Of a DNA stretch of 32,152 nucleotides, positions 17,387 through 27,026 are shown in pieces (within the stretch, counting starts at the first letter, position 1; each line of letters opens with the position of its first letter). The notes beneath the pieces are model-generated. The model saw only the letters and a list, made by a program, of their open reading frames with translations, ran no database searches and was not told the origin of the DNA. This DNA comes from Marmoricola sp. Its GTDB lineage: Bacteria > Actinomycetota > Actinomycetes > Propionibacteriales > Nocardioidaceae. The stretch lies in the NCBI GenBank assembly GCA_046595715.1, contig JBKJON010000467.1, positions 1-32,152 on the forward strand, given 5' to 3'. The translations under genes and the position numbers were made by a program.

Positions 17387-17491
17387 ACCGACAAATCACC
17401 CTAATAGTCGGCGTCGTCTTTGAAACCTACTCTTTGGGTGCTGCCCCGGGGGGGTCGGCTTCATCGGCAGGACTAAAAGGGGCACACTGAC

Positions 17492-20400
17492 ATGCGGCGA
17501 ATCACCGTCGTTCTACTCACTCTTCTCATCGCAGCCGCAGGACTGGCCGCAGGCACCACCGCAGCCACCTCGGCCAGCTACGGACCGGGCAGCCTGGTCA
17601 AGGACGTGCCCGTCGCCGGCACCCCGCACGTCCTCGACGGTCGGGTCAGCACGATCGCCCAGGTCGGGAACACGATCATCCTCGGTGGCACGTTCACCCA
17701 GACGCGCAACAACGACTCAGCCGACGTGATCGCCCGCTCCCACCTCGTCGCCTTCGACCTCACCACGAAGAAGATCAGCAGCACGTTCCTGCCCAACCCG
17801 AACGGCGACGTCGAGGTGGTCCTCCCGGCCGCCGACCGCAAGTCGGTCTACGTCGGTGGCTCCTTCTCCACCATCGCCGGTGCCGCCGTGAAGAACCTCG
17901 CGCAGGTCAACGTGGCCGATGGTTCGCTGGTCTCCACGTTCAACCCTGCCACCGTCGACGGCCGGGTCCTGGACCTTCGCCTGTCCAACAACCGTCTGTG
18001 GCTCGCCGGCGCGTTCACCCACGTCGCGGGCAAGGCACAAAGGGCCCTGGCGACGGTCAACCCGGTCACCGGCAAGTTCGACGCCTTCTTCAGGCAGGTC
18101 ATCTCCGGGGTGCACAACGGCGGCACCACCACCGTGCAGAAGATCGACATCAACCCCCAGGGCACCCGTCTCATCGCGCTCGGCAACTTCGACGCGATCG
18201 ACGCCAGCAAGCACCACCAGATGCTGATGCTCGACCTCACCGGCGCGGCGTCGGCCACCGCCAACTGGCAGTCCGCCTTCTACCAGACCGCCTGCTCGAG
18301 CTCCTTCAACAGCTACATGCGCGACCTCGACTTCTCCCCCGACGGCAGCTTCTTCGTCGTCGCCACGACCGGCGCGTACGGCGGCGCCGGCATCGCATGC
18401 GACAGCACCGCCCGCTTCGAGACCGGGTCGACGGGTTCCACCCTCAAGCCCTCGTGGGTCAACAACACCGGCGGCGACACGACGTACTCCGTCGAGATCA
18501 CGGACTCGGTCGTCTACACGGGCGGCCACGCCCGCTGGCAGAACAACCCCTTCGCGGCCGACAGGCCCGGCCCGGGTGCGGTCCCGCGTCCCGGCATCGC
18601 GGCTCTCGATCCGATCAACGGCCTGCCCCTGTCGTGGAACCCCACCCGTGACCGCGGCGTCGGTGTCTTCGACTTCCTCGTCAACGAGCAGGGCCTCTGG
18701 GTCGCCTCCGACACCACCCGCATCGGTGCCAACTACCTACGCTCACGGATCGCGCTGCTGCCGACCGGTGGCACCTCGTTCCCGGGTGTCAAGACGCCTT
18801 CGCTGCCGAACGACGTCTACAACGTCAAGCAGCTGACCGGCGGCATCGCCCGTCGCTCTTACAACGGCAGCGCGCTCACCGCCGCCCAGAACGTGCCGAC
18901 CGGCACCCTGACGACCAACAACGTCCGTGGCGCCTTCATGCTCAACGGCTACCTGTACGTCGCCTGGTCCAACGGCACCTTCGACCGCCGTACCTTCAAC
19001 GGCACGAGCTACGGCGTCGCCGAGGCCGTCGACACGTCCAGCAAGCTGACGGCGCTCACCGACTGGAGCTCGGACGTCTCGACGATGACCGGCCTCTTCT
19101 ACGACTCGGGTCGTCTCTACTTCACCAAGAGCGGCTCCTCCACGCTCTACTACCGCTACTTCACGCCGGAGAGCAAGGTCGTCGGCGCCCAGCGTCTGAC
19201 CGCCAGCACCAACGTCGCCGGCATCGACTTCGGCCAGGTCCGCGGCATGTTCACCGCCGACGGCAACCTGTACTGGTCGACCCCGTCCAACGACCTCCGC
19301 AAGCTTGGCTGGACCCAGGGTGCCCAGTCCGGAGCACCCGTGCCCGGCGTGGCCGCCGTCGTCTCCAGCCCGACCGTGGACGGCTACAGCTGGGGCTCAC
19401 CCCGCGCGCTGTTCCTCTTCCAGGACGCCGACGGCGACGGCCCCTCCGCGGCGCCCGTCGCCGGCTTCACCAGCACCTGCACCAGCCTGACCTGCACCTT
19501 CGACTCGAGCACCTCCACCTCCACGTCGGGGACGATCACCGGTCGGTCGTGGGACTTCGGTGACGGCGCCACCAGCACCGAGGCCAGCCCCTCCCACGCG
19601 TTCAGCGTCACCGGTAGCTTCCAGGTGTCGCTCACGGTGACCTCGAGCAAAGGACTCACCTCGACCACGACCAGGGCCGTTCAGGTGACCCGCGTCAACC
19701 AGGTGCCCGTGGCCGGCTTCACCTACTCGTGCAACACCTTGGTGTGCTCGTTCGACGCCACCGGCTCGACCGATCCCGACGGGACCGTGGCGAGCTACGA
19801 GTGGAGCTTCGGCGACGGCACCACGGCCTCCGGCAGCATCGTCGGCCACACCTTCGACGCGGCGGGAACCCGCGACGTCACACTGCGCGTCACCGACAAC
19901 GACGGCGGCGCCGGCACCGCGACGAAGTCCGTCAAGGCCACCCGAGCCAGCGTCGGTTTCGTCGCCGCAGCCAGCACCAACGGGAACCGCTCCAACCACA
20001 CGGTCGCGGTGCCCGGCGCCACCCAGGTCGGCGACACCCTGCTCCTGTTCTTGACGATCAACTCGACCAACGTCACGCTCGGTGCACCTGCCGGCTGGAC
20101 CGAGGTGAGGTCCGGGAACGTCGATGGCCTCCAGGCTCGAGTCTGGACCAGGACCGCCACGGCCGGCGATCTGAATGGGAACATCGCCGTAGCGAGCTCC
20201 GGCGCGACGAAGTCCGACCTGACCGTGGCGGCGTACCGTGCCTCGGCCGGCAGCATGCTCACGGTCGCCGACAGCGCCCAGGCCTTCAGCACGAGTGCCG
20301 CCCAGCAGCTCACGTCGCCGCAGGTCGACGTCGCGGGTCCGTCCTCGTGGCTGGTCAGCTACTGGGGAGCGAAGACGTCTGGCGTCGCCGCGTTCTCCAC

Positions 20401-20578
20401 CCCGGCCGGTCAGGCGCCGCGCTCCGGCTCCGTGGGGACGGGGTCGGGCACGATCAGCGCCACCCTCGTCGACTCTGACCAGCCGGTCGCGCCCGGTTTG
20501 CGCGGCGGCCTCACCACCGACGCCGGCGCCTCCACGTCGCGGGCAGCCATGTTCTCTGTGGTCATCGCAGCGCAGTAG
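17492..20578 (+). CDS. Large secreted protein: beta-propeller-like N-terminus, two PKD domains, C-terminal beta-sandwich
   Basis: Signal peptide and repeated blade motifs (ILGGTFT, YVGGSFS, WLAGAFT, IALGNFD). Two PKD units (PVAGFT...FDSS...WDFGDG and PVAGFT...FDATGSTDPDG...WSFGDG...VTDNDG). No LPXTG motif or C-terminal TM. Confidence 0.85.
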   Translation: MRRITVVLLTLLIAAAGLAAGTTAATSASYGPGSLVKDVPVAGTPHVLDGRVSTIAQVGNTIILGGTFTQTRNNDSADVIARSHLVAFDLTTKKISSTFLPNPNGDVEVVLPAADRKSVYVGGSFSTIAGAAVKNLAQVNVADGSLVSTFNPATVDGRVLDLRLSNNRLWLAGAFTHVAGKAQRALATVNPVTGKFDAFFRQVISGVHNGGTTTVQKIDINPQGTRLIALGNFDAIDASKHHQMLMLDLTGAASATANWQSAFYQTACSSSFNSYMRDLDFSPDGSFFVVATTGAYGGAGIACDSTARFETGSTGSTLKPSWVNNTGGDTTYSVEITDSVVYTGGHARWQNNPFAADRPGPGAVPRPGIAALDPINGLPLSWNPTRDRGVGVFDFLVNEQGLWVASDTTRIGANYLRSRIALLPTGGTSFPGVKTPSLPNDVYNVKQLTGGIARRSYNGSALTAAQNVPTGTLTTNNVRGAFMLNGYLYVAWSNGTFDRRTFNGTSYGVAEAVDTSSKLTALTDWSSDVSTMTGLFYDSGRLYFTKSGSSTLYYRYFTPESKVVGAQRLTASTNVAGIDFGQVRGMFTADGNLYWSTPSNDLRKLGWTQGAQSGAPVPGVAAVVSSPTVDGYSWGSPRALFLFQDADGDGPSAAPVAGFTSTCTSLTCTFDSSTSTSTSGTITGRSWDFGDGATSTEASPSHAFSVTGSFQVSLTVTSSKGLTSTTTRAVQVTRVNQVPVAGFTYSCNTLVCSFDATGSTDPDGTVASYEWSFGDGTTASGSIVGHTFDAAGTRDVTLRVTDNDGGAGTATKSVKATRASVGFVAAASTNGNRSNHTVAVPGATQVGDTLLLFLTINSTNVTLGAPAGWTEVRSGNVDGLQARVWTRTATAGDLNGNIAVASSGATKSDLTVAAYRASAGSMLTVADSAQAFSTSAAQQLTSPQVDVAGPSSWLVSYWGAKTSGVAAFSTPAGQAPRSGSVGTGSGTISATLVDSDQPVAPGLRGGLTTDAGASTSRAAMFSVVIAAQ

Positions 20579-20587
20579 CACGGTCCG

Positions 20588-20620
20588 GCCCCACGACACC
20601 AGGAGCCGGTGTCGTGGGGC
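20588..20620 (+). terminator. Stem-loop (13-bp stem) after the first PKD-protein gene
   Basis: GCCCCACGACACC (20588-20600), 7-nt loop, GGTGTCGTGGGGC (20608-20620), 9 nt after the stop. Confidence 0.7.
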
Positions 20621-20664
20621 TAGACCGCTAGCAGGGTCCGCGACCCCGGAGCGCATAACGTCGG

Positions 20665-20719
20665 TTCTTGTTGCAAAGCGAGATTTTTAGGTTCCACCAG
20701 GCAAAAAGCCAAAGGGAGG
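20665..20719 (+). promoter_or_regulatory. Putative promoter and RBS of the second PKD-protein gene
   Basis: Locally AT-rich. TTCTTG-N17-TAGGTT (20665-20693) and GGGAGG (20714-20719) 6 nt before GTG 20726. Confidence 0.4.
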
Positions 20720-20725
20720 CGCGTT

Positions 20726-23700
20726 GTGCGTCGAGCAATGATCTGTGCAGTGTCGGTCGTCGTCGGAGTCCTGGGGCTCCTCGTCCCGATGGCGCCGAGC
20801 GCCCAGGCGGCCGATTCACCGCAGGGGCGGCTCGCTGCCACGACTCCCGCAGCAGGAACGCCGCACGTCCTGAACGGCGGCGTCTACTCGATCGCCCAGG
20901 TCGGCGGCACGATGGTGCTCGGTGGCACCTTCACCCTGGCTCGCAACGACAACAGCCAGACCCAGCTGACTCGCAACCGCCTGCTGGCCTTCGACGCCAC
21001 CACCGGGGAGATCAGCAGCACGTTCCTGCCCGAGCCCAACGGCGCCATCACGACCGTGATCCCCTCCGGCGACGGCTCCTCCGTCTACGTGGCCGGGTCC
21101 TTCAGCAGCATCGGCGGCGTGGCGCGCTCCAATGTCGCGCGGGTCCGGGTCTCGGACGGCGCGGTCCTCACGCAGTTCAACGCTGGCAGGGTCACCGGCA
21201 CCGTCAAGGACCTGCGTCTCAAGGACGGCCGCCTCTGGCTGGCCGGCGCCTTCACCCACGTGAACGGCAACGCCCAGAAAGGTCTTGCCACGGTCGACCC
21301 CGCCACCGGCGCCTTCCTCACCTACATGCGTCTCTCCGTCGCGGGTGTCCACAACGGCGGCTACACGACCGTCTCCAAGATCGACATCTCGGCGGGCGGC
21401 TCGCGACTGATCGCGATCGGTAACTTCGACACCCTCGACGCGATCACCAACCACCAGATGTTCATGCTCGACCTGAGCGGCTCCGCGGCAGCGCAGGCCA
21501 ATTTCCAGACCAGCTTCTACGAGTCGACCTGCTCGCGGTCCTTCGACAGCTACATGCGCGACCTGGACTTCTCCCCCGACGGCTCCTTCTTCGTCATCTC
21601 CACCACGGGCGCCTACGGCGGCGCCGAGTCCGCCTGTGACACCACCGCCCGCTGGGAGACCGGCTCGACAGGGACCGGCATCAAGCCGTCGTGGGTCGAC
21701 TACACCGGCGGCGACACGACGTACGCCGTCGAGATCACCGACTCGGTCGTCTACACCGGCGGACACGCTCGCTGGCAGAACAACCCGTTCGCTGGCGACA
21801 GTCCCGGCCCCGGTGCCGTGCCCCGTCCCGGCATCGCGGCGCTCGACCCGGCCAACGGCCTACCCCTCTCCTGGAACCCCACCCGCACCCGCGGCGTCGG
21901 CGTCTTCGACTTCCTCGTCACTTCCCGCGGCCTCTGGGTCGCCTCGGACACCGACCGCATCGGCAGCTACATCTACAAGGGCCGGATCGCGCTCCTGCCC
22001 CTCAACGGCGCCGTGATCCCAGCCGTGGCCACCCCCAGGCTGCCCAACGACATCTACGTAGCAGGCGGGCTCGGCGCCGACACCGACCCGAGCGTCCTCT
22101 ACCGGGTCAACGCAGGTGGGCCGGACCTCGCGGCCAACACCGGCATCGACTGGGCCGCGGACACTGCTGCCTCTCCCAGCCCCTTCCACAACGCGGTCGG
22201 GAACCGGGCGGGCTACTCCCCCGTCGGCAGCGTCACCGCCGACGTCCCCGCTGGCACTCCGCGCGCGATCTTCGACAGTGAGCTCTGGGACCCCAACGAC
22301 GGCGTCGAGCAGTCCTGGAACTTCCCGGTCGCCGCCGGTACTCCGCTCCAGGTGCGGCTCTACTTCGCGAACCGGTGTGGGTGCACCTCACAGGTCGGTC
22401 AGCGCAAGTTCGACGTCGATGTCGAGGGCACCCTTCTGCTGGACGACTACGACATCGCAGGCAGTGTCGGCCACAACGTCGGCACCGTGCGCACGGCCAA
22501 CATCACCAGTGACGGCAACGTCGACATCGACCTGACCCACGTGGTCGAGAACCCCCTTGTCAACGGTATCGAGATCGTCCGTACCGACCTCGGCCCGGCG
22601 CCGGAGTCGACCATCGTGCGTCGCTCCTACAACAATGGCGTCGTCGGCGCCTCGATGGTCGTGCCGACGGGTGGCCTTGACTGGAACCAGGTGCGCGGCG
22701 CCTTCATGTTGAACGGACAGCTCTACGCCGCCCCCTCGGACGGCACCTTCACCCGTCGCAGCTTCAACGGATCGTCGTACGGCACCCCCGTGGACGTGAA
22801 CACCCAGGACGAGCTCACGCCCCTGCTCGACTGGAAGAACGACATCCAGTCGGCCACCGGCATGTTCTACGACTCGGGACGCCTCTACTTCACCCGAAGT
22901 GGTTCGGCCCAGCTCTTCTACCGTTACTTCACCCCGGAGAGCGACGTCGTCGGATCCAAGCGCTTCGTGGCCAGTGAGAACGTCACCGGCATCGACTTCT
23001 CCCAGGTGCGGGGCATGTTCAGCACGGGCAGCAAGCTGTTCTGGGCCAAGCCGGACGGCTCACTCAACCGGCTCGACTGGCAGAACGGCCCCCTCGCTGG
23101 TGCTCCCGTGGGGGGCACGGCGTCCAAGGTCTCCGGCCCGGGGATCGACACCAATGTCTGGTCCGCCAGGACGCTGTTCCTGTTCCAGGACGCCAGCGGC
23201 GCCGGGGCAGGCCAACCGCCGATCGCGGACTTCACCGCGATCTGCACAAGCCTGAACTGCGACTTCGACGCGTCCGGCTCGTCTGCGCCCGGTGCGAGCA
23301 TCACGTCGTACGCCTGGACCTTCGGCGACGGCGGCACGGCGAACGGCGTGAGCCCCTCGCACGCCTACGCCACGTCCGGCACCCGTGAGACCAAGCTGAC
23401 GATCACGACCAGCAACGGCTCGACCGCCACGACCACCCAGGACGTGACCGTCACCAAGGTGAACCAGGTGCCGGCTGCGTCGTTCACGTCGTCGTGCGAC
23501 CAGCTGGTCTGCTCCTTCGACGCAGCCGGGTCCTCCGACCCGGACGGTGACTCCCTCACCTACGCGTGGAACTTCGGTGACGGCGCGGCCGGCACCGGGG
23601 TCTCGCCTTCCCACACCTACGGCACGGCGGGCCAGCGCACCGTCACCGTGACCGTCAGCGACGGCACGGCGACCGACAGCACCACACGTCAGGTCACGGC

Positions 23701-24352
23701 GAGCTCGACCGCGCAGGCCGCGCTGCAGTACGTCGGGGCGGCCGCTACCGATGGCAACCGGAGCACCCACACAGTCACTGTGCCGAACAGTGTCCAGGCT
23801 GGTGACACCCTGGTGATGTTCCTGACCACCAACTCCACCAACTCCACCATCGATGACAGCGTGGCCGGCTGGACCCTGCTCGAGTCGAAGGACGGCAACG
23901 GGATCCGTGGCCGTGCCTGGACCCGCACCGCAAGTGCCTCCGACGCCGGGTCCGACGTGAGCGTCTCGACGAGCGCCTACGCGAAGTCGACACTCACGCT
24001 CGCGGCCTACCGCGGCTCCGGTGGGGCGACATCAACGGTCACGGCCTCGGCCAGCGACGTGGTGAACTCCGGCGCCACCAGCCACACCACCCCGAGTGTC
24101 CCGGTCAGCGGCCAGGGCTCCTGGCTGGTCAGCGCCTGGAGCGAGAAGTCCTCTGGGGACATCACCTGGTCGCCTCCAGCGACCAGCACCCAGCGGGCCT
24201 CCGGTGCGGCGAGCGGGGGAGGTAAGGTGAGCGCCATCCTCGGGGACTCGAACGGCCCGGTGGGGTCCGGCAACGCAGCTGGACGAACCGCCACGACCAG
24301 CAGCTCGGTCGGGAGGACAGTTCAGTTCTCCGTCGTCATTGCCCCTCAGTGA
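20726..24352 (+). CDS. Large secreted paralog of 17492: propeller + malectin (CBM57-like) + two PKD domains + C-terminal beta-sandwich
   Basis: Collinear with the 17492 protein (e.g. SYMRDLDFSPDGSFFV, VEITDSVVYTGGHARWQNNPFA). Extra segment VLYRVNAGG...VRLYFAN...QRKFDVDVEG...DYDI...NPLVNGIEI fits malectin. PKD motifs WTFGDG and WNFGDG. Confidence 0.85.
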   Translation: MRRAMICAVSVVVGVLGLLVPMAPSAQAADSPQGRLAATTPAAGTPHVLNGGVYSIAQVGGTMVLGGTFTLARNDNSQTQLTRNRLLAFDATTGEISSTFLPEPNGAITTVIPSGDGSSVYVAGSFSSIGGVARSNVARVRVSDGAVLTQFNAGRVTGTVKDLRLKDGRLWLAGAFTHVNGNAQKGLATVDPATGAFLTYMRLSVAGVHNGGYTTVSKIDISAGGSRLIAIGNFDTLDAITNHQMFMLDLSGSAAAQANFQTSFYESTCSRSFDSYMRDLDFSPDGSFFVISTTGAYGGAESACDTTARWETGSTGTGIKPSWVDYTGGDTTYAVEITDSVVYTGGHARWQNNPFAGDSPGPGAVPRPGIAALDPANGLPLSWNPTRTRGVGVFDFLVTSRGLWVASDTDRIGSYIYKGRIALLPLNGAVIPAVATPRLPNDIYVAGGLGADTDPSVLYRVNAGGPDLAANTGIDWAADTAASPSPFHNAVGNRAGYSPVGSVTADVPAGTPRAIFDSELWDPNDGVEQSWNFPVAAGTPLQVRLYFANRCGCTSQVGQRKFDVDVEGTLLLDDYDIAGSVGHNVGTVRTANITSDGNVDIDLTHVVENPLVNGIEIVRTDLGPAPESTIVRRSYNNGVVGASMVVPTGGLDWNQVRGAFMLNGQLYAAPSDGTFTRRSFNGSSYGTPVDVNTQDELTPLLDWKNDIQSATGMFYDSGRLYFTRSGSAQLFYRYFTPESDVVGSKRFVASENVTGIDFSQVRGMFSTGSKLFWAKPDGSLNRLDWQNGPLAGAPVGGTASKVSGPGIDTNVWSARTLFLFQDASGAGAGQPPIADFTAICTSLNCDFDASGSSAPGASITSYAWTFGDGGTANGVSPSHAYATSGTRETKLTITTSNGSTATTTQDVTVTKVNQVPAASFTSSCDQLVCSFDAAGSSDPDGDSLTYAWNFGDGAAGTGVSPSHTYGTAGQRTVTVTVSDGTATDSTTRQVTASSTAQAALQYVGAAATDGNRSTHTVTVPNSVQAGDTLVMFLTTNSTNSTIDDSVAGWTLLESKDGNGIRGRAWTRTASASDAGSDVSVSTSAYAKSTLTLAAYRGSGGATSTVTASASDVVNSGATSHTTPSVPVSGQGSWLVSAWSEKSSGDITWSPPATSTQRASGAASGGGKVSAILGDSNGPVGSGNAAGRTATTSSSVGRTVQFSVVIAPQ

Positions 24353-24371
24353 CGCCCGGCCCGGGAGCACC

Positions 24372-25145
24372 ATGACGACATACGTTCAGGCATCCGAGGT
24401 AGAGGTCGGCCCCTTCTGGGTGAGCGACCTCCGCAGGGCGACGCTGATCGAGAAGATGGTGGAGCTGAGCCTGCCCGAGCACGACAGGCCGGCCTTCGCC
24501 TTCGCGCTGCACGTCGGTGGGCTGAACGCCAGGCGCGATCGTGACTTCGTCACAGCCATGCGCCGGGCCGACGTCGTCTATGCCGACGGAGGATCGGTCG
24601 TCTGGCTGGCTAAGCTCGCCGGCGCCTGCCACGTCGAGCGCACACCTACGACCGACCTCGGCTGGGAGGTCCTGCGTAGCTTCACCGAGAAAACCGGACG
24701 GTTGCCTCGGGTCGCCCTCATCGGTGGTCCCCCTGGTCTGGCCGCCCGTGCGAAGGAAGTCCTCGTAACGGCCGGGGTCGCCGAGGTCGTCCACGTCGAT
24801 CACGGCTACCACGACAGCTGGGCCGCGCCGCTGGCCGAGCTTCGCGCGGCCGACCCGGACGTGACGATCATCGGCCTCGGGGCCCCCCGCGAGATGGTGT
24901 GGTGCGAGGAACATCGCGCCGCGCTGCCTTCTGGACTCATGCTCACCTGCGGCGGATGGTTCGGGCACCTGGTCGGCGACGAGAAGCGTGCCCCCCGACT
25001 GTTGCGCCGGTCCGGCCTCGAGTGGATTGCCCGCGTCGCGCAGGCCCCCACCCGGCTCGGTCCGCGCTACATCCGCGGGGCGGTGGTCACCGCCACCCTG
25101 GCAACCAAGACCGTGCAACGCCGACGCCGAGCCTCCAGGAGATGA
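24372..25145 (+). CDS. WecB/TagA/CpsF family glycosyltransferase (GT26)
   Basis: ADVVYADGGSVVW, HGY, IIGLGAPREM, GGWFGHLVGDEKRAP and GLEWIARVAQAPTRLGPRY. ATG 24372 behind GGGAG. Confidence 0.85.
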   Translation: MTTYVQASEVEVGPFWVSDLRRATLIEKMVELSLPEHDRPAFAFALHVGGLNARRDRDFVTAMRRADVVYADGGSVVWLAKLAGACHVERTPTTDLGWEVLRSFTEKTGRLPRVALIGGPPGLAARAKEVLVTAGVAEVVHVDHGYHDSWAAPLAELRAADPDVTIIGLGAPREMVWCEEHRAALPSGLMLTCGGWFGHLVGDEKRAPRLLRRSGLEWIARVAQAPTRLGPRYIRGAVVTATLATKTVQRRRRASRR

Positions 25146-25147
25146 AC

Positions 25148-25951
25148 ATGCGCACAACCAGCCGACGGACAGTCCAGACCTGCCTACTGGTCGCGACACT
25201 CGCCTCGTCCGGTCTTGTGCTCGGGCAGGCGATGGCTGCGACCACCGCCGCGACGATCTTCAGCCTCCACTTCGACGACCTCGGTAGTGCCCAGCGCACC
25301 GGCACCGGCGCGCTGGTGGTGGAGAACGGCGGCTCCTCCCACGTGGACACCAGGGTCTCGACCGCGGGTGGCGGGACCCTGCGCACCGTGGCCGGGCGCG
25401 GAGGCGGCTACGCAGCCCGGTTCCCGAGGTACGCCACCAACTACCCGCAGCGGGTGGTGGTCACGGCCACCTCCCCGGCCGGGAAGGATGCGCTCTCTCC
25501 CGGTCGGAGGAAATTCACCTTCGGCGCCGACTTCACCCTCGACAAGGTGTCCGAGGGCACCGCCCAGGACAACGGCAACAACCTCGTCCAACGCGGACTA
25601 TCCGCTGACCCGGCGCAGTACAAGATCCAGGTCGATCACGCCAGGGCGTCCTGCCGTGTCGTCGGCAAGGCCGGGGCGGTCTTCGTTCGCTCGACCATGC
25701 CGATCAAGCCGGCCACCTGGTACCGCGTCTCCTGCACCCGAACCCAAGGCGGGCTCACCCTGGCGATCGGCACCGTCGACGGTGTCGTCCAGCGCACCTC
25801 GCAGACTGGAGCCACAGGAGTGGTCGACGCCGTCGACAGCACTCCGTTGGCCCTGGGCGGCAAGGTCAGCCACTCGGGGCGGGCGGTGGCAGGCAACTCC
25901 GACCAGTTCAACGGCGCCATGGACAACGTCTTCCTCCGGCTGGATAGATGA
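25148..25951 (+). CDS. Secreted LamG/concanavalin-A-like jelly-roll protein
   Basis: Signal peptide, then LSPG...FTFGADF, NLVQRG, QYKIQ, TWYRVSCTR, LALGGK and DQFNGAMDNVF (LamG-type C-terminus). AGGAG precedes ATG 25148; alternative ATG 25142. Confidence 0.7.
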   Translation: MRTTSRRTVQTCLLVATLASSGLVLGQAMAATTAATIFSLHFDDLGSAQRTGTGALVVENGGSSHVDTRVSTAGGGTLRTVAGRGGGYAARFPRYATNYPQRVVVTATSPAGKDALSPGRRKFTFGADFTLDKVSEGTAQDNGNNLVQRGLSADPAQYKIQVDHARASCRVVGKAGAVFVRSTMPIKPATWYRVSCTRTQGGLTLAIGTVDGVVQRTSQTGATGVVDAVDSTPLALGGKVSHSGRAVAGNSDQFNGAMDNVFLRLDR

Positions 25952-27024
25952 CCACTGGCGCCAAGGCCAGACTGACTGGTCTCGTCGCCGTGCTGTGCCT
26001 GCTGGCCCCGGCCTGCTCGGCCGCTGAACCCAAGGCCGACACCGAGGCGGCCAGCACGTCCGAGGCTCTCTTCAGCGCCGCCTTGTCGTTCGCTACCCAG
26101 ATAGCCGCCCCCGGGACCCGGATGGGTCCGGTGCCGACGTCGGCACCGAAGCGTCGGGCGCTGCAGATCCTCAGCGACGGGTGCCGCTACACCGAGCGCG
26201 GCATCCCCCGCTGCAGCGCACTGTTGGGGGCGGCCTACCGCTCCAACACCGATCCCCTTGCCTGGGAGCGCTCAATGGGGCACCGTCTCGGTCTTCACCG
26301 CACCTACTGGGGTCCCGACCAGGTGTCCGAGGCAGTGGCCACCGCACGCGACGACCTCGCTCAGAACCGGCTCCCCTGGATCAGCTTCAAGCTGCCCCAC
26401 CCCTGGGCGGAGATGCGCGAGGGCGCTGGCGACGACTGGGCACGCGAGATGGCCCGCAGGCTCTCGAAGCTCGACGGCCCGGTGTGGGTGGCCTTCCACC
26501 ACGAGCCTGAAGGTGACCCCGAGGGGAGCATCGAGGACTGGACTGCCCTGCAGGCCAGACTCGCGCCACTCGTGCGGGCTGGCGCCACGAACGTCGCCTA
26601 CACCATCATCCTCACCGGCTACAACCAGCTCTACGGCCAGCCGAAGTACTCCCTGACCTCGCTCTGGCCCGAGGGCACCAAGATCGACCTCGTCGGCTTC
26701 GACGTCTACGACAAGTACGGCGTTGAGAAAAACGGGAGGCTCCGTCTCAAGCGCACCGCGTTCGAGTACAGCTACTTCTCGAAGTTCCGCCGCTTTGCCC
26801 GGGACCACGACCTCGCCTGGGGGCTCGCCGAGACCGGACAGTCCGACCTCTCCGCCGAGGCGGACCCGGCGTGGATGCAGCGGACGTGGAATGCGCTGCG
26901 AGCCTACGACGGCGTCGCCTTCACCTACTTCAACTCCACGCTGAACAGCGCGGCTCCCTGGCACCTCACCGGAGACAAGCTCGAGAAGTACGCCGCGGTG
27001 CTCCGCACGACGCCCACCTTGTGA
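25948..27024 (+). CDS. GH26-like glycoside hydrolase lipoprotein, paralog of 10984-12501
   Basis: Lipobox LAPA-C. Motifs WVAFHHEPE, IDLVGFDVYD, LAETG and AFTYFN. Ends LRTTPTL, like its paralog. Confidence 0.7.
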   Translation: MTTGAKARLTGLVAVLCLLAPACSAAEPKADTEAASTSEALFSAALSFATQIAAPGTRMGPVPTSAPKRRALQILSDGCRYTERGIPRCSALLGAAYRSNTDPLAWERSMGHRLGLHRTYWGPDQVSEAVATARDDLAQNRLPWISFKLPHPWAEMREGAGDDWAREMARRLSKLDGPVWVAFHHEPEGDPEGSIEDWTALQARLAPLVRAGATNVAYTIILTGYNQLYGQPKYSLTSLWPEGTKIDLVGFDVYDKYGVEKNGRLRLKRTAFEYSYFSKFRRFARDHDLAWGLAETGQSDLSAEADPAWMQRTWNALRAYDGVAFTYFNSTLNSAAPWHLTGDKLEKYAAVLRTTPTL

Positions 27025-27026
27025 GG

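Noticed and set aside
17448-17454. G7 tract upstream of the first PKD gene as a phase-variation site
   Set aside because: Too short and unremarkable in high-GC DNA, and not clearly within a promoter spacer or coding frame.
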